Source of the DNA: Acidobacteriota bacterium
Lineage (GTDB): Bacteria; Acidobacteriota; CAIWXX01
Direction of reading: 5' to 3'
NCBI GenBank assembly: GCA_040755995.1
Contig: JBFMAF010000009.1
Span: 13,531-77,530 of the forward strand
DNA: 64,000 nucleotides
Translations under genes and position numbers: made by a program
The notes under the pieces: generated by a model
Told to the model about the DNA's origin: nothing
The model's input: only the letters and a program-made list of their open reading frames with translations
Databases searched by the model: none
Part shown: positions 10,134-19,140 of the stretch, one piece after another
How the letters are laid out: the number at the start of each line of letters is the position of its first letter
How positions within the stretch are numbered: the first letter of the stretch is position 1

Positions 10134-10832
10134 ATGAAGACGAGGATCCGAGTCGCCGGACGGGAGCTCAAGAGGCCTGGTTCGGGGTTGATCGTTGCCT
10201 GGCTCCTTCTGTGCGTCTCTATCACGGCCGCGGCTTCGGCGGAGGCGCAGGAGAGGCAGTTCCAGCCGGAGTACTTCGAGAAACCCGAGCGGGCTGCCTG
10301 GCAGAAGCCTGACGAAGTCGTGAGCAAGCTGAATTTGAAGGCGGGCGACGCCGTGGCCGACATCGGCGCGGGTTCGGGGTATTTCAGCCGCAGATTCGCC
10401 GGTGCGGTCGGCGGGGGCGGAGTCGTATACGCCGCCGACATCGACCCGTCCATGCTTCGCTATATCCAGAAGGGCGCGGAGCGCGAGGGTATTCGCAACA
10501 TCGTGACCGTACTCTGCGCTCCCAACGACCCGATGCTGGCCCCGGGCACCGTCGACCTCGTCTTCATCTGCGACACGATCCATCACATCACGAACCGCGG
10601 CGACTACTACGGCCGGCTGCGACGATGTTTGAAGCCCGGCGGTCGAATCGCCATCGTAGACTTCGAGAAGAAACCGCTGCCCGTCAACGCACCTCCTATG
10701 AACACGCGGATCTCCAAGGAGGAGCTGACGAAGGAGCTGGCGGCAGCCGGTTTCGCGCTCTCGGAAGACTTGCACCTACTCCCCTATCAGTACTTCCTCG
10801 TGTTCATCCCTGCCTCGGCCCCGGAGAAGTAG
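10134..10832 (+). CDS. class I SAM-dependent methyltransferase with N-terminal signal-like segment
   Basis: ERAAWQKPDEVV..VADIGAGSGYF..VYAADI..LKPGGRIAIVDF. Confidence 0.88.
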   Translation: MKTRIRVAGRELKRPGSGLIVAWLLLCVSITAAASAEAQERQFQPEYFEKPERAAWQKPDEVVSKLNLKAGDAVADIGAGSGYFSRRFAGAVGGGGVVYAADIDPSMLRYIQKGAEREGIRNIVTVLCAPNDPMLAPGTVDLVFICDTIHHITNRGDYYGRLRRCLKPGGRIAIVDFEKKPLPVNAPPMNTRISKEELTKELAAAGFALSEDLHLLPYQYFLVFIPASAPEK

Positions 10833-10883
10833 CCGCGACTACGCCGGATTGTGGCCGAGGCACTCAATGAGATGGAGAACAGC

Positions 10884-12158
10884 ATGAAACGAAAAGCTAC
10901 AGACATCATCCTTCTGTGCATGGCGGTCCTCACCATCACCTCGCCCGCCGCCGCCCACGATTACTGGCTCGAGCCGGAGACATCACAGGCTCAGCCCAAT
11001 TCACAGCTGCCAGTGAGGCTTTTCGTCGGCATGGACCTGACGCCCGAGAAGGAGCATCCGTATGAGACTCAGCGGACGGAAAGTTTCACAGTCATGGGTC
11101 CGGGAGCGCTGGAGACGAAGCCGGTCGAGGGCGGGAAACCCTTTTGTACCGTGCCGACCGCCGAGTCGGGCGACATTATTGTCGGGTTGGTTCGAAAGTT
11201 GGCGCATATCGAATTGACGGCCGAGCAGTTCAACGACTATGTCACACACGAAGGGCTCAGGTACATTTACGACATAAGGACGAAGAACGGGACTCTGAAC
11301 AGGCCGGCACGCGAGAACTACACGCGATACATCAAGGCGATCGCGCGCACTCGCACCGGCGACGGGAGGATCTTCACCGAGCCGCTCGGGTATCGACTCG
11401 AAATCGTCCCGATGTCGGACCCGCTCGGCCTGGCCGCAGGCGCTCCTCTCCCGATCAAGGTGCTCTTCGAAGGGCGGCCGCTCGCGGGTGCGACCGTCTT
11501 CTGTTATGGCAAGAACGGGACCTCCGTCAGCAAGAGCAGCGTCACGACCGGCAGAGACGGTACTGCTGATGCAGCGATCTCAGGCCCGGGCCTCTGGAGC
11601 CTGCGGCTCATCCACATGCGCGAGTGCGCGGGATGCAAGGACGCAGATTGGGAGAGCTTCTGGGCGAGCCTCACGTTTCATGTAGCAGCACGAGGCGCTT
11701 CGCAGCATGCCGGAGAGCAGTCCATCCCGTTCGGGAACGTGACTCTCGAACAGCTTCTCGAGACGAGCCCGGAATGGCAGGATGCGGCCGATGCGTATCA
11801 ACCGGATCCAGCGTCTGTCGCCTATCTCAGGCGCATCGTCTCACCCGTAACCGTGCAGGTCTACTACGGCCATTGGTGCTCGGACAGCAAGGCCCACGTT
11901 CCGGCTCTCGTCAAGACCCTCATGAACGCCGGGAACCCGTCGATCATGGCGGACTACTGGAGCGTTCCACGCAGGAAGGAAGGTGAAGAGCGACCGCCGG
12001 TCAACGGGCGGACGCTTACCGCGGTCCCGACGTTTGTCGTTTTCGTGAACGGTGTCGAAGCGGGATCGATTATCGAGACACCCGCGGCCAGTGTCGAGAA
12101 GGATCTGGTGGCCATCATCGAAAAGGCCCAGCCGGAACTGGAGCCGGAAGCGAAGTGA
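10884..12158 (+). CDS. DUF4198-like exported protein fused to a thioredoxin-like domain
   Basis: Signal peptide then AHDYWLEP; LEIVP..P..L..G..VLFEGRPL; WESFWASLTF; C-terminal YYGHWCSDS..VPTFVV; GGAG RBS before ATG 10884. Confidence 0.75.
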   Translation: MKRKATDIILLCMAVLTITSPAAAHDYWLEPETSQAQPNSQLPVRLFVGMDLTPEKEHPYETQRTESFTVMGPGALETKPVEGGKPFCTVPTAESGDIIVGLVRKLAHIELTAEQFNDYVTHEGLRYIYDIRTKNGTLNRPARENYTRYIKAIARTRTGDGRIFTEPLGYRLEIVPMSDPLGLAAGAPLPIKVLFEGRPLAGATVFCYGKNGTSVSKSSVTTGRDGTADAAISGPGLWSLRLIHMRECAGCKDADWESFWASLTFHVAARGASQHAGEQSIPFGNVTLEQLLETSPEWQDAADAYQPDPASVAYLRRIVSPVTVQVYYGHWCSDSKAHVPALVKTLMNAGNPSIMADYWSVPRRKEGEERPPVNGRTLTAVPTFVVFVNGVEAGSIIETPAASVEKDLVAIIEKAQPELEPEAK

Positions 12159-12232
12159 TTCAGCACCCGGCAGTGTGGTGGCTTGATCTTGCGGTTGCTC
12201 AGGATACATAACCTGTGCATATAGGCGACGAT

Positions 12233-12604
12233 GTGACCAGCGCAGGGCCGCCGGCGCACCCCTTCAGGTTCGATTGCGTCTTCTATTACGTGAGCGACCT
12301 TGATCGCGCGATCGACTTCTATTCCAACGTCTTTGGCTTCCGGCTTTCCTCTCGGGATGCGGTGGCGCGCTTCTACGTCGACGGCGTTCTGTTCGAGCTC
12401 GTACCGACCAAAGATCCAGCGGCCCTCTCTGGAAGCGGGAATGCACGGCTGACGCTGTCGGTAGAGGACATCGAAGCGGTGGTCGCCGAGTTGCGCGCGA
12501 AGGGTCTGGACGTTTCCGGCGTGCAAAGGGTCAGCAATGGATTCCTCGCGTCGCTCAGGGATCCGGACGGCAACGAGATCGTGATATGGCAGTACGCGAA
12601 GTAG
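12233..12604 (+). CDS. VOC/glyoxalase family protein
   Basis: VSDLDRAIDFYSNVFGF..VEDIEAVVAELRAKG..RDPDGNEI; start uncertain. Confidence 0.85.
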   Translation: MTSAGPPAHPFRFDCVFYYVSDLDRAIDFYSNVFGFRLSSRDAVARFYVDGVLFELVPTKDPAALSGSGNARLTLSVEDIEAVVAELRAKGLDVSGVQRVSNGFLASLRDPDGNEIVIWQYAK

Positions 12605-12729
12605 CGGGACGCGGGTTCAGACCGCCCTGTTCCTCGCATGCCTGCACCGGCTAGCCCGAAGGCCGGCGCCCGTCGCCGCACACGCCGATGGGTTATCTGC
12701 TACGATCTGCATCGAGGCAGGAGGTCGGA

Positions 12730-13011
12730 ATGGAATGGTCTGAGATACGCAAGGCATATCCATCCGAGTGGCTAGTCATCGAGGCTCTTGAAGCCCATAC
12801 GACGGTGGAGAATCGGCGTCAGCTTGACAAGATCGCCGTCGTTGAACGGTGCGTCGATGGCAACAGTGCCATGCGGTGCTACCGCCGCTTTCACAGACAA
12901 CATCCAGGTCGCGAGTTTTACTTCGTACATACCAGCCGGGAGGCGCTCGAAATCCGCGAACAATACTGGCTGGGCATTCGGAGGACAGATGCGGTTGCGG
13001 CTGAAGGATAG
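12730..13011 (+). CDS. small hypothetical protein (DUF5678-like partner of aspartyl protease)
   Basis: MEWSEIRKAYPSEWLVIE..FYFVHT; GGAGG RBS; overlaps start of the protease gene. Confidence 0.65.
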   Translation: MEWSEIRKAYPSEWLVIEALEAHTTVENRRQLDKIAVVERCVDGNSAMRCYRRFHRQHPGREFYFVHTSREALEIREQYWLGIRRTDAVAAEG

Positions 13012-13375
13012 CCTCCCTTTTGTGAGCCTCACCGTGACCTACAGGGGGCTGCCTGTTGAGGTACCCGAGGTCTTGGTGGACACAGGATCGGCCACAACGA
13101 TCTTGGCGGCCGATATTGTTGAGGCAGTTCGAATTGCACCCTCTCCGGAGGACGCTCTCTGCACCCTGCGCGGTGTCGGCGGGAACGAAGTTGTCTTCAC
13201 TCGCCGAGTCGACAGCCTGAGGTTGGGCCACTTTGAAATGGCCCACTTCGAAATCGAAATCGGTGGCATGGACTACGGCTTCGACATCAATGGCATCCTC
13301 GGAATGGATTGCCTGACAAGGGCCGGGGCAGTCATCAATTTGCGCGACATGGAGATCGATCTCCCCAAGCCGTAG
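12989..13375 (+). CDS. retropepsin-like (clan AA) aspartic protease
   Basis: VLVDTGSATT and GILGMDCL motifs. Confidence 0.85.
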   Translation: MRLRLKDSLPFVSLTVTYRGLPVEVPEVLVDTGSATTILAADIVEAVRIAPSPEDALCTLRGVGGNEVVFTRRVDSLRLGHFEMAHFEIEIGGMDYGFDINGILGMDCLTRAGAVINLRDMEIDLPKP

Positions 13376-13563
13376 CCACCATTCACACCGGGCCGGGTCC
13401 GCGCCCAAGAGCCCGGAACGTTCGTCCGCACTCGCCGCTTAGCCTCGGCCCCCGCACTTTCGCCGCGTCTCCGCGTCTACTCCCCACATGGACCACACCA
13501 TATTGCGGTCACAGCTCTGATACTAGCGAGGCCCCGCCTCAAACCGACGAGGCGTGGCCTCGC

Positions 13564-13673
13564 GTTGAAAGTTGAATGTCGAAGGTCGAAATGTTGAGTC
13601 CGCCAAATCGGTTCCTAGACTTCTCGACTTCTCGCTGTCAACCGCTTTCAACATTTGACCTTCAACCTTTGAC
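13564..13673. repeat. inverted pair of heptamer tandem arrays between convergent genes
   Basis: gttgaaa-gttgaat-gtcgaag-gtcgaaa.. and tttcaac-atttgac-cttcaac-ctttgac. Confidence 0.7.
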
Positions 13674-13735
13674 GTTGCCTTGTCCGCGCCGGAAAAACTC
13701 GTCACATTCGTTCATATCCGCCGCGGACAAGGCAA

Positions 13736-14965
13736 CTAGATCAGGTGGCTGAGGAATCCGTCTCTCAGCTTCGGCTCGAACCAGGTCGACTTTGGAGGCA
13801 TGATCTCGCCTGCATCCGCGACGGCGAAAAGGTCGTCCATCGTCACCGGGTAGAGTGAGAAGGCCACGGCCATCTCGCCCGAGTTCACGCGCCGCTCCAG
13901 CTCGGCCGTTCCGCGAATCCCGCCGACGAAATCGATCCGCTTGTCGGTGCGGGGATCCTGGATTCCGAGCAGTGGGCTCAGAAGCTCGTCTTGCAGGACG
14001 CTCACGTCGAGGGTATCGATCGGGCCCTTGCGCGCAGGCGCGCTCGGGAGACGCCTCAGCAGATACCACTTGCCTTGAAGGTACATGGCGAAGTCACCCT
14101 TGGCGCGCGGGGATGCCGGCCCGTCGGGCTGCACCACAAAGTGTGCCCTCACACGATCGAGAAACTCGGCCGGACTGCACCGAAGATCTCGCGCGACGCG
14201 GTTGTACGGCATGATGCGGAGCTGCTCGGCCGGGAACACCACCGCGAGGAAGTAGTTGTACTCTTCTTCGCCGGTGTGGCTCGGGTTGGCCGTGCGCATC
14301 GTCGTGCGCGCGCGTGCGGCGCTGGCCGCGCGGTGGTGCCCATCCGCGATGTAGAGCTGCGGCACCTGCTCGAAGGCCTGGATCAAGGCACCGGTCAGCT
14401 CGCCCGGCACTCGCCAGATCGTGTGGGCGATTCCGTCCGGTGCCGTCACGTCGAAGAGGGGCGCGCCCGCGGTGACGCGGTCCACGATCGAGTTGATGGC
14501 CGCTACACCTCGATATGCCAGGAACACCGGGCCGGTCTGCGCGCGGAGGGTCGTGATGTGGCGAGTGCGATCGTCCTCCTTGTCACGGCGCGTCTTCTCG
14601 TGCTTCAGTATCTTGTTCGCTTCGTACTCGTCAACCGAGAAGGCCGCGCAGATGCCGGTCTGCGAGTGGTCGCCCATCTTCAAGCGATAGACGTACAGGC
14701 TCGGCTCGGCCTCCTTCACCAGCGGCGCGTCCTTTCTCAGCTTCTCGAAATTGGCCCGCGCCCGCTCGTAGACCTGGTCGGCGTACGGGTTGACGCCGTC
14801 GGCGAGCTCGAGCTCCGCGCGCGACACCCGCAGGAAGCTCCACGGGTTCCCCTCCGAGAACTGCCGTGCCTCCGCCACATTCACCACGTCATACGGCACT
14901 GCGGACACCTGGGCCGCCATCGCCGGCTCCGGGCGCAACGCCGGAAAGGCATGTATCTTCGACAT
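13736..14965 (-). CDS. DUF1015 family protein
   Basis: PYDVV, ILKHEKT, YIADGHHR, MPPKSTWFEPKLRDG. Confidence 0.9.
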   Translation of the reverse strand: MSKIHAFPALRPEPAMAAQVSAVPYDVVNVAEARQFSEGNPWSFLRVSRAELELADGVNPYADQVYERARANFEKLRKDAPLVKEAEPSLYVYRLKMGDHSQTGICAAFSVDEYEANKILKHEKTRRDKEDDRTRHITTLRAQTGPVFLAYRGVAAINSIVDRVTAGAPLFDVTAPDGIAHTIWRVPGELTGALIQAFEQVPQLYIADGHHRAASAARARTTMRTANPSHTGEEEYNYFLAVVFPAEQLRIMPYNRVARDLRCSPAEFLDRVRAHFVVQPDGPASPRAKGDFAMYLQGKWYLLRRLPSAPARKGPIDTLDVSVLQDELLSPLLGIQDPRTDKRIDFVGGIRGTAELERRVNSGEMAVAFSLYPVTMDDLFAVADAGEIMPPKSTWFEPKLRDGFLSHLI

Positions 14966-15021
14966 CAGTTCCTCCTCACACGAATCTGGGCCGCTTGATG
15001 CCAGGGCCCCGATGATTCACA

Positions 15022-16314
15022 CTACAACCTGAGTATGCGCAGCAGATCGCTGCTCCGTACGGCCCCGCGCACCTTGCCCTTCCGATCCAGGACGACGGCG
15101 AAATCCTTGTTCTCGCTCAGCATCCGGGCAATGAGGTCTTCGACTCGAGTGTCGGCGGAGACCGTCAGCACGTCGGGATTCATGAATTCCTTGACACGCA
15201 TGGCGCGAGCCGCCGCAGGGGCGACGGGTACCGCAACCGGGCGAGCTGGTGGGCGCGTCTCCAGAATGCGGCGGTTGATATACGAGTAGAAGTCGTAGGA
15301 CGGCACGCGGCTCAATCCGAGGGGCATCGGGAGGAGCGGCTCTTTCTCGACCGCCTTCAGGTGGCTCTCGAGGGCAGTCATGCGAGTCTGCCTGTCGACG
15401 AGCAGCAGGTAGCGGAGCGAGCTGTCCGGCACTGAGTGCTCGTGCCCTTCCGGGATTGCCGACAACCTCGCAAACTGCAGCACCTCGTCCCAGCCTATCC
15501 CCAGGTCCTTGATGCCGCCGGCAATGATGCCGGCGATGTCCTCGTCCTGGTCGGAATACTTCGGGACGTATTTCTCCAACGTGTCGACGGCATCGGCGAG
15601 GAAGACGCCGAGAGCCACGTCGCGCCCATAGAGCAGCCCGGCAACCACGATGGCGGAGTCGTCTGACTGGCCCGGGCCGACCCGGTGCCGGATATACACG
15701 TGGCGGTAGTTGCCGTTGGCGCTTCCGTGATAGCGATCTTCCCCGACGATCAGGCCCTTGGCGCGATACTCCCCTATGCTGTCAGCGTGAGGCCCGTGGG
15801 CGAGCTTCTCGCAGTCGAGCCCCATCCGGCGCAGCACCTGCATGTCGACGAAGTAGTGCTCGCCTCCACCGATCTTGACTCCGTACTTCTCCTCGGCCTC
15901 CCGCCGTACCTCACTGTTGTCACGCTTGCCGCCGAGATAGAGCCCACGACACACATCCACCGCGTCGACGGTCAGGTCCTTCAGGAAAGGGATCCGGAGA
16001 AAAGGCTCGCCCTGGTCGTTCACCAACCGTTCCGGGCGGTCGCCGGCGACGCTCTTCTCGGCGAACTGTCGGATCTCGTCGATCAGCCGCTGCCTGGCTG
16101 CGCGGATCGCCGCCGTGTCCTTGCCCAGAAGTTTCACGATGTCATCGATCGTCAGATCCACATACCGGTTCTTCTGGAAGGTGCCTGCGCCGTTGTGGGC
16201 GTGCCCCTCAATCGACTGCATGAAGATCAGCTCCTCGGTCTGATGATCCGTGCGAAGGCGCTCCGAATTCAGCAGGTTCTCGAAATCGCGACGGACAAGA
16301 TCCTTGAGGTGCAT
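15022..16314 (-). CDS. uncharacterised protein with C-terminal CBS domain
   Basis: 430 aa, AGGAGG RBS; C-terminus MRVKEFMNPDVLTVSADT..VVLDRKGKVRGAV; N-terminal 370 aa not recognised. Confidence 0.75.
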   Translation of the reverse strand: MHLKDLVRRDFENLLNSERLRTDHQTEELIFMQSIEGHAHNGAGTFQKNRYVDLTIDDIVKLLGKDTAAIRAARQRLIDEIRQFAEKSVAGDRPERLVNDQGEPFLRIPFLKDLTVDAVDVCRGLYLGGKRDNSEVRREAEEKYGVKIGGGEHYFVDMQVLRRMGLDCEKLAHGPHADSIGEYRAKGLIVGEDRYHGSANGNYRHVYIRHRVGPGQSDDSAIVVAGLLYGRDVALGVFLADAVDTLEKYVPKYSDQDEDIAGIIAGGIKDLGIGWDEVLQFARLSAIPEGHEHSVPDSSLRYLLLVDRQTRMTALESHLKAVEKEPLLPMPLGLSRVPSYDFYSYINRRILETRPPARPVAVPVAPAAARAMRVKEFMNPDVLTVSADTRVEDLIARMLSENKDFAVVLDRKGKVRGAVRSSDLLRILRL

Positions 16315-16458
16315 ACCGTTCCTCCTCGGCTGCCCATTCTATACAGCGTGTGGTGAGTCCACAATAGGTCCGGTAAGGTTCGGCAGCCCAGCGCGATAGT
16401 CGTCGCGATCGTGAACGCCGGCGTCGGCGTGAAAGGAGCGCCGTGGTGCCCCAAGCCA

Positions 16459-16481
16459 GGGCGAGCGCCGCTCGCCCCTAT
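16459..16481 (-). repeat. GTAG-type REP-like palindrome
   Basis: Minus strand ATAGGGGCGAGCGGCGCTCGCCC, immediately after a stop codon. Confidence 0.6.
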
Positions 16482-17290
16482 CAGCTCACCTGACCGGGTT
16501 GGTATGAGGCTACGAGGAGGATCTCGTCCCGCGCTTCTTCCTGGGCCGAGAGGTCGATGAAGTAGCCGAACATGAGCGGCACGGCCTCGACGCTCAGCAG
16601 CGGTCTGAGCCGGGAGAGCACTGCGCGGAACTGTGACACCTCTCTCCTGTAGATCCTGGACTTCGCCTCGCCGATCAGAGCGATAGGGCCATCGCCTCGT
16701 GTACCGTCGCCGTAGAGATCGACTTCGATCGTCTCGCTGCCCACACGGAACTGCCGTCTCTCCAAACGAGGCACATTCAGCCCGAAACGCTTCGACAAGT
16801 ATGCCGGAAGGATGGTGCGCCCAATGTCTTCCAGCCCAAAGCCGATCACATCGCTCAGCGCGCCAACCTGCCTGCTCAGCTGGGTCATCTGGAATGCCAG
16901 CTCCTTGACGGATGCATCGGTGCGCGCCTGCGCCTCGCCCAGGCGCTCGATGGCGGCCTCGACTCGTGTAAGGCGCTCCTCGCTCCGAGCCTGGGCCTCT
17001 GTCAGGCGCTCGACTGCGGCCTCGACTCGTGTAAGGCGCTCCTCGCTCCGAGCCTGCGCCTCGGTCAGGCGCTCGACGGCAGCCTCGACGCGCGTAAGGC
17101 GCTCTTCGCCCCGCGCCTGCGCGTCGGCCAGGCGCTCGATGGCGGCCTCGACCCGGTCCATCCGGTTCGTCGTCTCGCGCCGAAATGCATCGAATGTCTC
17201 GCGGTCGGGGCGCAGGTCCTTCAGCTTGTCATCTATCACAGCGGCGACGAACTTGTAGAGCTCCGGCGCCAACACCCCCTCGGTTGCCAT
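16481..17290 (-). CDS. coiled-coil repeat protein with C-terminal PD-(D/E)XK-like domain (DUF3782/DUF1626-like)
   Basis: 21-aa repeats RVEAAVERLTEAQARSEERLT; then IGFGLED..IEVDLYG..IGEAKSR; AGGAGG RBS. Confidence 0.75.
   Translation of the reverse strand: MATEGVLAPELYKFVAAVIDDKLKDLRPDRETFDAFRRETTNRMDRVEAAIERLADAQARGEERLTRVEAAVERLTEAQARSEERLTRVEAAVERLTEAQARSEERLTRVEAAIERLGEAQARTDASVKELAFQMTQLSRQVGALSDVIGFGLEDIGRTILPAYLSKRFGLNVPRLERRQFRVGSETIEVDLYGDGTRGDGPIALIGEAKSRIYRREVSQFRAVLSRLRPLLSVEAVPLMFGYFIDLSAQEEARDEILLVASYQPGQVS
16923..17156 (-). repeat. 63-bp coding tandem repeat (about 3.7 copies)
   Basis: aggcgctcga recurs at 16941, 17004 and onwards with period 63. Confidence 0.9.
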
Positions 17291-17418
17291 CTCGCCTCCT
17301 GAGACCCATGGTACCACACCGATCCCCACCCAGCAATGCCCAGTCCGACCTCCCGACCTCGCCGCCCCACGTCTACCTTCACGGACAGGAACGGACGCAC
17401 CAACGTCGGTGCCCGAAC

Positions 17419-17441
17419 GGGCGACCGCCGCTCGACCCTAC
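17419..17441 (-). repeat. GTAG-type REP-like palindrome overlapping the purN stop
   Basis: Minus strand GTAGGGTCGAGCGGCGGTCGCCC. Confidence 0.6.
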
Positions 17442-18055
17442 GGGCGAATCACGGTGCGTCGCCCGTCGATTGCGACCTTGCCTCGCAGCACCAGGTCGAT
17501 TGCGCGCCAGTAGGTGTCGTGCTCCTTCTTGAGTATCCGGGCGGAGAGAGTCTCCTCCGTGTCCTCATTCAGAACGTTCACGGCTTGCTGTATGACGATC
17601 GGCCCCGTGTCCACACCCTCGTCGACGAAGTGTACCGTGCAGCCGGAGATCTTGACGCCGTAGTCCAGCGCCTGCTTCTGGGCGTGAAGTCCGGGGAATG
17701 ACGGCAGGAGTGCCGGATGGATGTTCAGCATTCTGCCGCGGAACATTCGGACGAACTCGGGGCTCAATATTCTCATCCATCCCGCCAGGCAGATCAGGTC
17801 AACGCCGCGCTCCTGGATCTCGCGCGCCACGGCCACGTCATACGCGACGCGGTCTGGATGCGCCTTGGGATCGAGGAACACTGTGTGCAGCCCGCGCTCG
17901 GCCGCCGCCGCCAGTCCTCGAGCGTCCGCCTTGTTGCTGATCACCACCTCGATACGCGCCTGCAGATCGCCCGACCGAATTCGATCGGCGATGGCGACGA
18001 AGTTGGAGCCGCGGCCGGACAGCAGGATGGCCAGGGCGCGCCCGTCGGAGCTCAT
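17438..18055 (-). CDS. purN: phosphoribosylglycinamide formyltransferase
   Basis: LLSGRGSN, LAGWMRIL, LNIHPALLPSFPG, HFVDEGVDTGPI. Confidence 0.97.
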   Translation of the reverse strand: MSSDGRALAILLSGRGSNFVAIADRIRSGDLQARIEVVISNKADARGLAAAAERGLHTVFLDPKAHPDRVAYDVAVAREIQERGVDLICLAGWMRILSPEFVRMFRGRMLNIHPALLPSFPGLHAQKQALDYGVKISGCTVHFVDEGVDTGPIVIQQAVNVLNEDTEETLSARILKKEHDTYWRAIDLVLRGKVAIDGRRTVIRP

Positions 18056-19134
18056 CACGCGTCCACCAGCATCACGCGCCTAGGGCCTCGAACGATCTCG
18101 CCGATGTCATAGTACGTCTCGCCGCGCCTTGAAAGGAACGAGGTGACACGGCCGAGGTCGCCTTCTCCTACGATCAGAACCATCCCGACGCCCATGTTGA
18201 AGGTGCGGTGCATCTCGGCCTCGTCCAGCCCGGCGGCTTCCTGCATGAGCTTGAAGACCGGCAGCACCTCGAACGACCCTCGCCTGATCCGCGCCCGGCA
18301 GCCGCGGGGCAGAATCCGCTTGATGTTCTCGTAGAAGCCGCCGCCGGTGATGTGGGCAAGGCCGTGCAATAGCCGTCTCGAAAGGAGCGGCTGGAGCAGT
18401 GGGTGGTAGGCACGGTGGACGGCCATCAGCGCCTCGGCCACCGTAGCCCCGAGCTCGGGCATGAAGCTCTCGGGGCGCAGCCGAAGCAGCTCGAAGAAGA
18501 TCTTCCGCGCCAGCGTGAAGCCGTTGGTGTGGAGCCCGGTCGAGGGGAGGCCGAGCAGACGATCGCCCGGGCGGATTCTTGTTCCATCGATCAGCTTCCG
18601 GCGGTCCACGAGGCCGACGATGAACCCGGCGAGGTCATACTCCCCGCTCGGGTAGAACTCAGGCATCTCCGCCGTCTCGCCGCCGATCAGAGCCGTGCCG
18701 GTCTCGCGGCATGCGACGGCCATTCCCGCCACGATCTGTTCCACCACCTTCGGGTCGAGCCGGCCCATCGCGAGATAATCGAGGAAGAAGAGAGGCCTTG
18801 CGCCCTGCACCAGGATGTCATTCACGCAGTGGTTCACGAGATCCTGGCCGACAGTGCCGTGGATGCCCGTCATGAACGCAAGCTTGAGCTTGGTCCCGAC
18901 TCCGTCGCAGCTGCTCACGAGCACCCGGGAGCCATCCCCTGCGCCAAGCCTGTACAGCCCTCCGAAAAGCCCGATGTCCGCCAGAACACTCCGGTTGAAC
19001 GTGCTCCGCGTGCGCGCCTTGATCCGCGCAACCGCCTCGTTGCCGCGATCAATGTCGACACCAGCCGACGCGTAGGTGACTGGGCCCCTCTCCGTGTCTC
19101 CGCGTCCCCGCGTCACCGCGTCTACTTCCGCCAA
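18055..19134 (-). CDS. purM: phosphoribosylformylglycinamidine cyclo-ligase
   Basis: TYASAGVDI, DGVGTK, GGETAEMP, HTNGF, HITGGG, TFNMGVG. Confidence 0.97.
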   Translation of the reverse strand: MAEVDAVTRGRGDTERGPVTYASAGVDIDRGNEAVARIKARTRSTFNRSVLADIGLFGGLYRLGAGDGSRVLVSSCDGVGTKLKLAFMTGIHGTVGQDLVNHCVNDILVQGARPLFFLDYLAMGRLDPKVVEQIVAGMAVACRETGTALIGGETAEMPEFYPSGEYDLAGFIVGLVDRRKLIDGTRIRPGDRLLGLPSTGLHTNGFTLARKIFFELLRLRPESFMPELGATVAEALMAVHRAYHPLLQPLLSRRLLHGLAHITGGGFYENIKRILPRGCRARIRRGSFEVLPVFKLMQEAAGLDEAEMHRTFNMGVGMVLIVGEGDLGRVTSFLSRRGETYYDIGEIVRGPRRVMLVDA

Positions 19135-19140
19135 GCCACG

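Noticed and set aside
16923..17156. 63-bp repeats as a CRISPR array
   Set aside because: Contiguous in-frame coding repeats with no unique spacers and no cas genes
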